Of a stretch of DNA of 64,000 bases, positions 37,001 to 52,000 are shown one piece after another (the stretch's first letter is position 1; every line of letters starts with the position of its first letter). The notes under the pieces are model-generated. The model was given only the letters and a program-made list of their open reading frames with translations, made no database searches and was not told the origin of the DNA. Where the stretch lies: assembly GCA_051362555.1 (NCBI GenBank), contig CM120640.1, forward strand, positions 28,854,503 to 28,918,502, written 5' to 3'. Position numbers and translations under genes: made by a program. The DNA is from Lingula anatina (Eukaryota; Animalia; Brachiopoda).

Positions 37001-40000
37001 TTGAAAAAAAAAGTTTTTGTGATTATAAAATTTTGTATTTGAAAGTTTGATAATTATTGCCCATTGAAAAGATCAAGTAGTTACAGTGCGTAATCATGAT
37101 TGTCCTATATGCCTCATCCACTGTCACAGTGATCATGATATGATGGATAGATTAATGTGTTAGATTGGCTTTCCTCTGGTTAGATATAATAAGTTAGCTG
37201 TCTTTTAAACTCATAAATTAAGACATTACAACATGATTGGGAATCTACCCTAGTAACGTACATCAGGTACACCTAAATATGTGTCATAAAAATGCCACTT
37301 ATTATAAATAGTAAGCTGAAGAGACTACTCATAAACCCCCAAAAACTTACTGTGAGACCCACCTGGCTTTTTTTGACTTATAATCAAATAAAGATACGAT
37401 CTTATAGTCAGTATAAGACAAAAGTAGAAACATCTCTTAGAAATAACTTCCGTGTCCAACTACAAATCCCTAATAAGTTCTAGCACATTTATTGTTGTAC
37501 ATGGTCGGTACAGCTATAATCATGAACCTCAGCAACCTCAATTAAATTATTTAGTTAATAGAATTGTGAGAAAAATGAGTTTATCTTCATGATATAAAAA
37601 TTACTAAAAGCTTTAAAGAATGTCAGGTATAATCATCTCTTATTTGAGATGAGCAAAAGTAATGTTTCAGATTTTGGACAACTAGGCAATTATCTAATGC
37701 TTGCCTGATGTTTCATTTATGCAAATATATTAAATCAATCTATTCTGTCCAGGGGTTATACAGACCAATTGTCAGATATGCACTATGAACTAGACATATA
37801 TACATCTCTTGCATGCATACCAATGATATCTTTTTCACCATACTGAGATGACTTTCCATCCAATATATTAATAAAACCAAGGACTTTTTGCACATCTGTA
37901 TTATTTCAGATTGTGTTCAACAAAACACTTTGTTCTCAAAACAATTTTTTTCTTGTATGTAGATAAATAAGATTTAGAAAAAATGTCTGAGACAAAGAAG
38001 TAGTTTTTCAACCAGGATGGACAGTTGTGCTAATGTTTGCAACACGGTAATTATATATATCCTTCCTATAGATTCTGATCTGCATAAATTCAATTGTCAA
38101 ATTTTGATTGAGATGATTACTGATATGTCTATTTGTGAGACACTTAAGGCCCCATTCCCATAGATAGCATCAGTCTAGATGTGGATCAATCCAACTCCAT
38201 GGGGACTATCATTGAATGCAATCAGTTGAACAGATTAACATGCCTCCCCTTGGTGTTAGGTAGAAGACAGAAAAGCAGGTGATTAAGGGCAGAAGAAGTA
38301 AAACAATTAAAGGCATAGAAATAATGCCCTGTGCTTATAAATTTTTATAAAAAGATAGAGCAATCTTCCCAAAAGGCCAATTAAAGACATCAATTAAGTG
38401 CAGTGTCCAATGGATGACGCTGTGGCGCCATTTTGAGGAAAAAATGCCGCGCTCAATCTGGGGATTTTTTCTTTAACCAAGATATCTATTCAAGTGATTC
38501 AAACGGCATCATAAAGCTGGGTGAAAGCACTACAAAAGGGTGCCAGGAAATCGTTTTAAACTATTTAATTTTTATTTAATGTCTTTTAAGTTAAATTACC
38601 CCATATTTCAATGGGTTATTCACTTCAAAAGACGATAACTTTCAAACTAACAATTTCCACCAACATCCCTGATATGTGCTTATAGTCCACGTTTTCACCA
38701 ACAATTAGTGCAATTTTCGTAACGATTGGTTGCTAAGATAGGGAGATATACCTGAAACTGATTCACTTATCTCTTCAATCTGGAAAGCTGTTAAAACAGC
38801 CAAAAACATTCACAGGCTGGTTAACAGAGCTTATTAGTCAAATGCTTAGCTGAAAATTGTACCTGTTATTAGTTATATGATCAGATGGAACCATTGCTCA
38901 TTATCATCTAAAAATATTTTGTTTGGGTGCTTTGAAATGTCAGAAAATCGTGCTTTTGTAACATTTTCCAATCACGTGTTATATTTGTAAGTGCAGAGGG
39001 CCCTAGCCTAGTGATGTCAAGTAGGGTGTCAAGGATATGTAGAAGGAAGCACTAACAAAGACGATTACGTGTAACCACAATTAAGAGGTGGGAAGTTTCA
39101 ATGGGTCTTCCTCTGCAATCGAGCAATTTTACCTGGGAGCTTCCTTCTCTGCGGTATTTCTCGAAATGTCAGCTAAGATAAAGGGGAGACGCTCAGCTGC
39201 ACAAGAATCAGCGGTAAAAGTGGCTGAGAGAAGGCTTTTGAATTAAATGACAGAGTGTGGTTTAGTTTTGAAACCACGTATGTGTTGATTGTACACGTAA
39301 TCGGCTTATAATTCATTACCTTTGCTCTGCCCTGTAATGGCAACTGCCCTTACCAACAGAGGTGTGGCTTAGTTGTCAGTCTGACTGGGGCGCATGCCGG
39401 TTGAAAAACTCATCAAAAGACACATTTTGCGGTGCAAATTCCAAAAAAATTATTACATTCAACATTAGATAATTTTTTGATTAATATAAACATATGAAAT
39501 ATTAATATTAATATAAACACAAAAAACTTAAAAACATGATTTTAAGCCTAGTTTACTACTAGCCTTTAACCAGTACATAAGAAACAAGAAGAGGAATGTC
39601 ATTCAATTAAGTTGATTGCACTAAACAAGAGTCTCCGCAGAGTTGGATCGATCCATGCAGACCAATGGTGTCTATGGGTCTATTCCCACAACTTTAGATC
39701 GATCTATCACCGCGGGGAGTCTCACCAGATTACTGTCAGATAATCCCCCTTAAGTGTCCGTCCCCGCCTACTACAAGCTGCAAGTGGTAATTAACTTTCG
39801 TGTCCGCCCGGCTGACAGCTATTTAGCGTGAACCCCCAGGGAGTTAGGTCGATCTAAAGTAGGTCGATCTAATCTATGGAAATGGGGTGTATGGAAATGG
39901 GTTCTAAGACACCTGATGCAGTCTCCTCAAATCAAACAAGGGGGTACTGTCTAGATGTCACAGCACTCTGGGACCTGTTATCAAAATTACTTATGCTGGA

Positions 40001-43000
40001 ATTTGATCTTAACTTTGAAACCAAGTTAATGTTTTAAGAAAAATATTATTAGATTTATTTTGACCTATGATAAATCTGTAGAAATCTATCTGCATAAAAA
40101 ATTTCGAGCCTGTGGCTAATGTTTTAGATCTACAACTGGTTTATTTTAGTGAACTGAGTCTAAAAATGAATCTAATATCAAAGTAGACACAAGTTCCATT
40201 GTTAAATGAAGCCTCAGTATGCCTTTCACTTAAGTCATTATCTGGGTCTACATCCAAAGCTGACCTGAAACAATCTTATTTTCATACTTTGTCCATATCC
40301 ATATTCTGTCCATAAATCATTTTCATGGTGTGTGGAAGTTGCTACTCAACAAAATAGATAATGCATCCATAAGCAAGAGTTATTAATGTCCGATGCTTAT
40401 GCATAAATTTAGACCATTTTTCTATTGTTCTATTTGTCATTAATTTAAAAGATAAGCTGTAATGACAAAACAGATAAAAAATGGAAGACTCTATTTGTAG
40501 TCACATAATTTTACCTTCCTTACCTGGATCCAACATTTGCTTAGCTCTCTTTCTTTGTAATTCAATCCAAGTTTCATGTGACACATCCACACTAATAGAA
40601 ACAAGTTTATGAATTATGAGTATACACTTCAGTTCATTAATTTCAACACTATCGAATGAAACAGCCAGAACAGAGGATGAGTTGCAGGATTCATTTTATT
40701 CGCTTATGCAGAGACTTATACGCTACAATTTTCTTCGGAATCCTTCAAGACAGACCAAAGTCAAGAAAAATAAAATCAAAGTATGTTTTGTAGGATTTGG
40801 AGAAAACTGGGGTCAGAAAAAATGACAAACTAGCAAGAGTGCAGTACTGCAACACTGAATAAGGGCTGACAGAATCTTTCCATGGATTATTTTTTTAGTT
40901 GTTTCTCTGGTTCTTTAGAATTTCAGTTTATTGCACAGCAGTGTGAATTCACCATGTTTTGTGTGTCACTTCTGTATTGCTTTCTAAGAGGACATTCTAA
41001 GAGCATTGGGTGCCCTTACCGCTGAAAAGTTAACCCCACCTCATGCAGATTCTCACACATTTTCTAACCTTGTATTATGTCATGCCAACAGCCTTATTTT
41101 TGTTTGATTTCCATTGAGAAGTATTTGGGGGGAAAAGTTCATCCTATGTTAATATTATTACCATTATTATCATTATTATGTGGTACCTAAAATGGTTATT
41201 TCCTTTCAAAAACTTATAAAAAAAAGAAAATATAGCTTCTTACCAAACAGGTTCCATCCTAACATAGTCAACCTCCAGGTAAAAGCCCTTGTATTTAAAT
41301 ACAAGTTTTTACAGCAGCTGTGACACAGAGTTTGGCAATACCTCAATTCATTTATGCAAAAAAAAATCATAATTCATCCTGTACCATTCATCTTTTTCTT
41401 TTTTATTAGGGAATTCATTTTTAGAAATTCTCGGCATTTGCAGCTAATTCTCACATCTAGGTACCGGTAGTTGTGTTATCATTCTTGGCTCCAGCATAGC
41501 TAAGGACAGTGTGTTCTTATGGATAATACACTATACTGACGCATGAATTTGGCAACAAGAAGAGCAGCTATGAAAACAGCTGTAAACTAGGACATTCTTT
41601 ATTGTTTACCCATCACTGTTTTCTGAGGGGACCCAAGGCTCTATTCCCATAGATTTTAGATCGATCTATCCCCGCGGGGAGTCTCACTAGATTAATTTCA
41701 GATAATCCGACTTAAATGTCCGTCCCGCCTACTACAAGCTTTAAGGGGGTAATTAACTTTTGTGTCCGCCCAGCTGACAGCTATTTAGCGTGAACCCCCA
41801 GGGAGTTAGGTCGATCTAAAGTAGGTCGATCTAATCTATGGAAATGGGGTGCAAGACTGACTCCACAGTCATCACTTTAGAAATCTGTCTCAGAAATTTC
41901 TACAGGGTCCACTCAGAGAGGGGTGGCAAAGATGAGAAAACATTTTGAAGAATTCAGCTTATGCTTATGTAAAAAAAAAAAATGTAAGTCAGTTGAATGG
42001 GCAGGAATATTGACAGGTTAAGTGAGTAAGAAAAAATTAACATTTATAACAGGAACATTTGTTTAAGCTTCCCGCACAATTTGTCATCTTGACCTTGGCA
42101 AAAAAATACATGCTAATATGTATTCATATATTATGTAAATGTAAAGAATTTTAAACCGTGAATGCATATACTCCATTGATAAAAAACCTGTAATACAACA
42201 AAAATCAGGACAAAACGTTAATTGTTTTTACAAATACTTTTACTGCTATGTATAAGGCAAGTCATTTCGACCTTCTTCAAAGGGCCTAAAAAATATGACA
42301 GACTCATTATTAAAGAACATGTTTCTGTTAAGTCCCTTAAGAAATGATCCATTTTCCCATCATTACATAATTTAAAAGACTATTAAAACCCCATTTCATC
42401 AATATATTATGTCTAATATATATATAACCTTGTGAAAAATTGTTTGAAAAGCGATCGTGCAGGCGTACACCTGAGAAAGACCTTAAATAACACAACCTTT
42501 TCAGGGCATTACACATAATCAAAATCAAAATGTTGATGCAATGGTGCTGGGAAACACTGGATGAGCTCCCAACAAAAACAAATGCATAACTATTGCCTAA
42601 GGCCATACTTTGTAAATATTATCTCTACAACTCCTAGATATCTAACATCAGATGGGAATTCACTGCCTCAAAGGCTGCAGCTGGTACTCATCACAGGGAT
42701 GTATTGTTCCTCTAGAACTTAAGAGTTGGGAGGCCATTCATTTTTAGGAAGAAAATGAATTTGAAAATGTCAATCATAATTAGAAACAGGAAAAGCCATT
42801 TTTCATTCATTTTTTTCTTTTTATTATTACTAAAATGGAATAAATAATAACAATTAGCAGCTCATTTATTTAGTATATTTTGTCTTTCACCTAACACTGC
42901 TGGTAAACCTATTCGGGGGGGGGGAGGGGGGGGGACCACAAATGAGGGGAAATGAGAAGGGGGTGGGTGCTGTTATAGCTGGGTTAATAGTTACACAGAG

Positions 43001-46000
43001 GTCATTTCTCTCCACCCTGAGTTTCAGACTACTGTGTTGTGCCTTTTCTACACTTTTCATACAACCTTCCATGATGACATTTTAACCATTACAGTACTAA
43101 GAAGTCTAAATTGCTCCTATTCCATCTTATTGTCTATCAGCCAGTCAGTCACTTTGGGACAGTTGCAGCAGACCGTAAAATTGATCCAGAATAACAGTGC
43201 AGAAGGCCTACTAGCCTCTAACTGGTAATTCATTCATAACGTGCAATTACTACATACCTCAAAGGGCATAAATGTGAAATTAAGAGACATTAACAACAAT
43301 ACGGTCCTTCTAATGCATGTACTATAAATTCATACTATAGACTGTTCAACCAATCTTTTTTCACCTTATCCAGGCAACTCTATAAGTCTTGGACTCACCC
43401 AAACTTTCAGAGTTAATTGAAAATTCTTTTCTTTATATAAGCATCATACATCTTAAAGTTCCAATAAATATGACATGCAGAAATGTCAATGCTATGGCTT
43501 TCAAATACAGGGTAACTGTACTTGACAGTAAGAGCAAAACAAATAGGCTAACTGCAGTTTTGATACATTTCTGAGGCATTTTTTGCTAGAAAAAAGGAAG
43601 CACTGTGTCTGTGAAAGCTATTCACCACAAGCAGCACACTTTTCCCATCTGGAATAATGTTATAAACTTAGAGGTTCAACAAATCTATATATACTCTTCA
43701 GCACATTTCAGAACCAATTTGCCAGGACTAAGTTGATAACAAATTCATTAAGATATATACCAGCATGCTGGATATTCAAACAGAACCATAGGAAAATGTA
43801 AGGAATAGAGTATTATAAAAAAATCATCGACTTAAAATAGCAACACCAACTGCAAATGAGATAAAACTAATCAAACTGGGCAAAGGCAAAATAGCTGTTT
43901 AACATTTCTCAATGTCAGACAATTCACAAACGCTACAATGGCTTCATTTCTCATGACAGAAAGGGGAAAATAGAGTTGTATCAAAACACTAGGCTGACCA
44001 TACTTCTTCAGCTTAAAGGAAAAATTTATATATAGAAAATTGTAACCAAATATTCTTTATTTTGTAAGTGAAAAAATGTAAATATAGCCAAATAATTGAT
44101 TATAGTTATCAAAAACTATAAACACATGAGTAAAAGAAAATATCTTTATAGTTACTCGTGTTTGGTGGTCTGCTTTTTGGGAAGCACATTAAGTAGGAGC
44201 TATTGACTCTGGCACAAGGGCCATGTAACCCCTGTCAACAGATGGGACTTTGATAAGGAAGTGACAGAAGCAGCAGTCATCACATGTTAGTATCACTGTA
44301 GAGTACCCTTGTCAGGGCAGAAGACTTGCTATGACATGTCACAAGAATGCTAAGCAGAGACCTAGCCATGCTTTAAAAAGATACATAGGAATCATTCAAC
44401 ACATACATCAGTGAGTCTGTGTGTGTGTGTGTGTGTCATGCAGGGTAGGATGCCTCAGGGATACTATGGAAATGGCACCAGCAGGATCAGAGCAGTGTGC
44501 ACACTTCGCATGTACAAACAAAGCAGGAAGCAGCAGTTAAAACCACTTAAAAAGTATTTTTCCTGTGTTCTGCACAGGATTTTAAAATGTCCAAATAAAT
44601 AAATTGAAATGTGAGGAAAAATTTATTGTTTTCATTAACTAGATTTATGAAAAAAGTTCCATCCAACTCCCAATGGGATTTGCTCTGTTTTCAGAGTGTC
44701 CTGAATGAGTGCAAGGGGCAAATGAGGTCCTCCTTGGTAGTGGTTATGATAGGAAGTTCAAGTGAGAGGAGCTGGACTGCAATGTGAGTTTACACAAATA
44801 TTGTTTTCCACCACAGACAGAACCTTTGACCTTTTGACAAAAGCAGTTTTAAGACTAAACCCCAATGAAGATGGTTTGTTTGTACCTAATTGTTTGTGAA
44901 AATCAAATTTAAACATTAAATGAGTAAATGTGATGGGTAACAACAGTCAATGGTAATTAATGAACATTTTACATCCTGCTTTAAGTCAAAACTTGATTTT
45001 CTTTTTAAAAAAAGTGCAAGATGAGGCCTTAGGGTGTACCGGTAGCTGCCAAACCACCCATAGGACTAAACAGACACCTTTTCACCAAGTCCTTCCCACT
45101 AAGTCAACACAGGCTTATTTACAATCACTAGCTGGCCAAAGCACCAAAAGCATGTGCATTATACCAAGACTTACAGCATATACCACATCTTGTAACATAA
45201 AATCAGATGAAAGTTGGAAGCCATCTTAGACAGGCATTAAAGAAAATGAAGACCATAACATTTTGCTGACAACATTCAAAATGGCCATGGTTTGTACCTG
45301 GAGAAAATATAATCAAAAATAAATAGCCTCTGACTAAGATGAATCTACTTCCTCTGTAAAAGTAAACTTTTGCACCTTAATGCGATGATAGGTTAAGCTA
45401 TGTTGCTATGGTAACATGTATCATCCAACTACTGGAAAATATCTACGGTTGATTAATTGATCAAGGTAGAGAATTAATGGAGGTATTTTTATACAAATGC
45501 CAGGATGCAAGTAACCAAGTCGTAAAGAGGAGATCAAGGTGTTTTCTAGCCAGAATGTTCATGCTGTAGGTGGATAAGACCCTGTAAAATTATTAATAAT
45601 TGACTCATTTTAAATTTACTGCAGCATTTTTCTCGGGTATGTTTATGAGTGAACCAGTTTCTCTTGGGTCTAATTTATCACCAAATAATTTTCATTAATA
45701 GTTTTCTGTAAGAGGGGAGGGCACTAGTATATTATGAGATTGTTACAGAAGTCTTTTGAACTCCTATATCTTTATCATACACACTCTACAGGAAACTATA
45801 ATTGAATTACCATTTAATACAGACCACCCTCAGATGCCCTGTGTGCTTTAGTACGTAGTTTAAGGGTGTGTTCAGAATAGAAGTAATCATACTTGCAGGA
45901 TTGATCTTACTCAGCAGGGATTCTTGCTAAAGCGCAATTAATGTAATCAGCTTGTCTGGCATGCCCTCTCACAAAACAACATGAACAACATCATGGACTA

Positions 46001-48941
46001 CAAAGCCCCCCCCCCCCTCCTCGGCTTCACCCAAGTAATATAAGTTATGAGGGGGTGTGCCAGACAATTAAGCTGATAATAACATTGACTGGGCCATAGT
46101 GAGATAGACCTGCAGGTACAAGAACTTCTATTCTGAACGCAGCCTAACAGTTTATCATTACAAAAGTTGAAGTTTTTCAAATGCTCTCACGTTTACTGTA
46201 AATCAGTGTCTGCTTCTTAGCACATACAGAAAGATACTTATTTGCAACTCAAGAGGTTCCATATTGCACTGTTGTTATATTGCCCAATTTGTGTTTTTGC
46301 TGCTATGTTTAAATAAAATATTGAATCTAGACAATGTTTTAAATAAAGTCATAATGTGTTTTTTGTATAGATCTTTGTTCATCATAAAGGTGTATAGCTG
46401 AGTGGAATGTGTTGGTGTTGGGAGGGGGGTGGGTGAAACTGCACATAATTTTCTGGTCTATTCCAATTCATGGTAAAGCTTTGGTAGCCCATAAAAATGG
46501 GATATCAAATATGTATTGGTCTAAATCAATAAGGTTTTATTACTTTTTGTAACAAGTGCAACATTTTCATTTTAGTGAACTTCTACTTAGACTTTTAATC
46601 TAAAAGTTACCACAACCTTTAAACAGGCATTCTATTGTGACCCCCCCCCCCTCCCTCCGGCTTCTTCCAATACAATACATATCAAACTAAATATATTCAA
46701 CCTTAACATTTTCATTATGTAACTATCATTCAATACACAAGAGTGCTGGCTTTTCATGTGTGATCTGAATTATATCACTGACACAATTCAACAGGCTGAC
46801 CTCTGTCCTGCTATTGTGGAAATCAAAACAAACACCCACCTGATGGACATTATGGTAAACATGATACATATACCACACAATTGCTGTGAATCAAAAGTTT
46901 ATTGACACAAGTCAAGCACACAAACAAGAAATTCATATGTGAGGGGTTTCTCCTCTAATAAAAGCAAGGAGCAGTGTAACCACTGCACCTGAAGGGAGTT
47001 TGGCTTTCCGACAACTTGTGCAGGGTTACAGAGTTCACTATCATTACTATAGACCCAGGGTTGAGGATGAACTGAAATTTGGTAATAAAGTCTGACACCT
47101 TTTCCATTGAAAAATCTCATTTACATTTTGCAAGGATTGCTAATTTAGTGCTGAGAAATTGCTATGCTCTGCAGTTTTTGTAATGTATGGTCCAACCTTC
47201 TTCATTACACTTTGCACAAATCGAAATGAAATTGAACTGGATTATATATTACTGAATAATGGCAATGACAAAAGGAAGGATATTATAGCTTAAGTATTCT
47301 ATTAAAATAAATTAGTCTCTTTTTTTTCATTTGAAGCATCAAGTTTATAAATCACTTCTTAAAACGGCTCATACAGACCAAAATAAAAATGTCAGCTGTG
47401 AAAAAATATTGCCAAAAAATTAAAACCTTATTTTTTGAAGGGAAACTGTTCCACATAACTTGACAGACCCCATGATTAAGTTAAGTGCTCTATTCAAAAG
47501 ACTAATGCTGTTAGCCTGATATGAATTCTCAGAGGAAATCAAGAGGAGAAAAAGAATAACGGACCTTTACTTCACAGAAAAGTTATAAATTCTGTCTGGC
47601 TTGTTCATTATTATGAAAGGGCTGCCTCCCTCTCTTAGAGGAAAAAAATCTTCCAGTTTCCTAACTTCACAGACCCAAACAGTGTACAATTTCAACCCTC
47701 CTTGGACGTTTCTGGATGAACAGTTTGTATCAATATAAAACATTTCCTCCAGTCATAACTACAAACCTGAGTCATGCTCAGGAAATGGAAGATACTGGTT
47801 TACTGCAATTCATTTCTATACATGATCCCTTTTCGTCAAAATGAGTCTTTAGATAAAATCAACTTTTCAACAAAACTGACATTTGATCAAGTTGTGACTT
47901 TTTTCCATTCGTGCTTTGTGTCATGTTTCTGTGGTATTTGAAGTGTCACAATCCAAAGTCAAATGATTCAAGTATAAAAAATACAAATACCACCACACAA
48001 GAGAAAAGGGTGTCTTAAAATTCAGTTCTGCTTTTTAACTTAAATAAATCCATTTTAAAAGTCCTTTGAAATGACATATGACAGTCTGAAGATGGACATC
48101 AAATTAGATTGTGCGAGGGGATATCTTCATCTTAAATAAAAAACCTACAGTTTTGATTCATGTAAAAATAGTAGACAGTATATAGATTAAGACAATGTCT
48201 GGACAGATCTTCAATTAATATTAAGTTCAAATAATACTTAATATTGATAGGAAATTCCATTGCTCAATCCTCACAGCACTATCAGATGGTATAAACCACA
48301 ACTAAAACCTTTATAAATGTCTGCTGGGAAATTTGTCCTAGATTTAGTGGTTTTGTTTCCAAGATAAGGAAACCTTTATGCCTTGATGAGATCCACCTCT
48401 GTGATCCACTCAGCTATTTAAACCTACTAAATCCTATGGTTAACTACACTTAACAGGGGGTACAGGTTGAACAAAATTATAACCTGTAATTTCCTACAAA
48501 ATTTCAGGGAGTCCAAGTATGCCTAAAGCCATCATATGTCCAAAAGATCCATAAGCCGTCTATAAAATATAAATGACAGCTGCATGGTTCACTGGAAAAA
48601 CCCTTGCTTGACACCCAAAATTAAGGTTATCCATTTATCTTTATCATTCAAATTACAACCTTTCTTCATTGCAAAACAGATAATGAGTGTACAAACAATA
48701 ATGCTGTTGTTTTGATATTATCAAAACTATCCTTCACAAAACGACACATTTCTCTTGCCCCCAACATACACACTAAACTTATCAATCACAACATCAAATA
48801 AATTTGTCATGAAAACCATCATGTATACAGCAAAATTGCCAATCCTTGCACTATTGAACAGAATCAATGTGTAGATTCTTTACAAAAATAAAGTTTTTTT
48901 ACTCATATATGTTACTGGATTCCATGTTACTATGACATTGT

Positions 48942-49033
<92 letters not shown>

Positions 49034-52000
49034 ATGTGTACAATAATGTGAAAGCATAGCAACGTCTGCATGCTACAAATCATTTCATGATACAAATCAA
49101 TATTTGATGAATCATTGATAAGACAAGCCCGACATGAAGAAAAACACGCCTTACATGAAGAATAAGAGAAACATAGATCAGATCCACAGGTTATAGAGTG
49201 AAAACTATGACCAACAGGCTAAACATGTAACCCTCACATTAAAGAAAATCACAGACATTAGAACCACACCTGGGAATTAACTCGTAGACAGAACGACGGA
49301 GCAGGGGGGCTAAAGAAATGGATTCAGATTTTCAATCAAGTTTTATGAGATCAGCGGTACTGATGGTATTGGTTGGACCTAGTAGGACAGGGAATTCTCT
49401 GTTCAGAATAATCAGACCCTTTATACCCATAGTGCACTATTTCTCTTTAAACACAGCAGGTTCAGGTGACATTATAGATGGCTGCAAATTAATTTACAAA
49501 AGCTGACAACTTCCTTAGTCATTTTTAATTGTGGTCAATAAAGGGCAATATTTTATAAGATTAAGTACCAGGCACTTCATTTAATAACAACAACTCTATA
49601 TTTAATGCTGCTCTTTGATTGCTACTTATCTGAACTCTTGTTGGGCCATTTGTCAAAGATATTTATAACCAAGCTACTGATAAGTGTTAGTAGTGCATGT
49701 CACAGTCGTTTATAGTAAAGTAACCAAAGCATCTTGAATTCCTTGACAACTCTCCTACCCAGCCAACTAATCTATGCCTTTTTGGAACTTATAACTAGTC
49801 GTTTGTTTTCCCTCCTTTTTATCTCCACCCTGTTTATATAAACTGCATCAGCCAAAATAAATTACCATCAAAATTCTTAAGATTTGTAGAACCACTGGTG
49901 ATCATAAATTGGCAGAAAAGAATCAAAAGAAAGTATTTGATTTCAAAAATAAAAGACCAAGACTACAATACATAAAGGTTGTGAAAATTAATGCACTTTT
50001 CAAATACAGGTCCCAACAAACTCTTATGCTTCTTAATAACACTTCAGATTGTTCTGGTCATAAAATATTCAATTGGTCAATATTCACCTAATCGATTACA
50101 CTGTGCATCAACAATTAGTTTAACTATAGGTTTGTTACATCATGAATCAGTTATCTTCTTAACTTAACAAATTAACCCTTTAAGTAGAATGTGATTAATC
50201 CTATGCACTTTGTTAATGCCTGGGACATCAAGTGGGCATTGAGTATTACATCAGAATAGTACACATATAGAAGGGAATAATGGAATCAATCATGCACATC
50301 AATGTGGACTTCACTTGGGTTATTTGCTTGATAACAGGTATGAACAGTTCAAAATTCTCTCTCTCATGCACGCACACCCCCATTCATAAGAGCAGGCACA
50401 CTTTCACACACACACACAATGACCAAGTATACATAGAGTGTTGGGAGCAGGCAGCACCACTATGCCATAACTTATGCCAAGGAGGTATATCTCCTCACTG
50501 ATACACCCAATGTATACCTGAATTTTTTCTGTTTTTATGCAAATACCTGTGTTTTTGGGATGAATTGCAAAAGATTATTCTACATACAAGAATTTACAAA
50601 TGAAATTTTATTTTGGATGTTAACTTTTGATAAAACACCATTGGTCTAGACAGCAAGGAAAATATTAAAGCAGCTTTGCCATGATAAAATTGAAAATTTA
50701 TCAACTGGAAAGACATGCAAAAATAGAAATTGAATGAAATGGCTTTTCTAATAGGTCTCACAACATTTTTTGTTTGTCTGTTTGCCAATGCCTCCTAACA
50801 AAGTGTGTCTAGACTTATTTGGTACAAAAACAGGTATGATAAACATATACATATGTATTATCTGGGACTCAATGATCTGCAAACAGGTCTACTTGAGCAA
50901 GACTAGAGGCTCATTTCAAATTACACCTTACTGCACTTAACTACTTTCAATTGCTTTCAGTTAACTTGAAAAGCAATCAATATGCCGCTTGTATAATAAT
51001 TACATGTAAAGTGCTAGGCTAAAGCTAGCACAAAAAATGTTGATGATAATCAACTTTGGCTTAAGGAAAAAGGTCTGATTATTTTTTGACAATTTAATAT
51101 TAATTTCATTAAAATTAAGTCATTTTGCTAAAACAAGAAATACGCTTGAGTCACTTCAGTTAAACAAGCACTAAATCTGAATTACTTTCAGACTTATTAG
51201 TGCCCCAACTGCTGCAGCTTCCAGACACAAAATCAATTTTTATATCCAGACACTTTAGCACTTAACTGCAAAGTACACAGAAATATCAGTATCAAATGAT
51301 AAATCTCTTTTTTCTTTAATAGCTTTCTGTATTTATAAGATGGATGTGGGCAAATACCAAATTATTCGCTCAATGTTAGGCATAAAATTACACGTGCAAA
51401 TGATTTTGAATATGGTAGCTTAATGAAGGTCATCTACTTACTGCATTGACCTAAAAGTTGTTTGAAAATTGTTTAATAAATAGTCACTCTTTTTATAGTA
51501 CTAACTGTGGATTGATCTATCTCCAAGGGGATTCTTGCTAAATTGCAATCAACTTAAGTGGCTTAGATGTCTGTCATGCCTACTGAAGCTGCTAGGGGGT
51601 AATTAATTATTGTTTAGCAGCTTCAGTAGGCGTGCCAGACAAATAAGCCCCTTAAGCTGAAAACAGTTAAGCAAGAAACCCCTTGGAGATGGATCGATCC
51701 TGTTAGATTGCTCTAGGTATCAGAACCCAGTCTATTTCATGAAAACCCATGGGAACTCAGTCTATTTCATTAAAAGTTCATCTAAGACAGTTGCCACACC
51801 ATCACACAGAAAAGCAGTTGTTTCATGGATCCTACTAGCACTAAGTCCTCATTCAGATCGAGAAAAGAGCCGAGTGCTAGCTAGGCCACTACCTAAATAT
51901 GGCGGACCTACATGAAAGGAAGACCGCTTAATCCTGTAATGGTCTCTCCGCCTCTCACATGCCTCCCCACGCATCGTCCCTGCAGGGGCACGGTAATATA

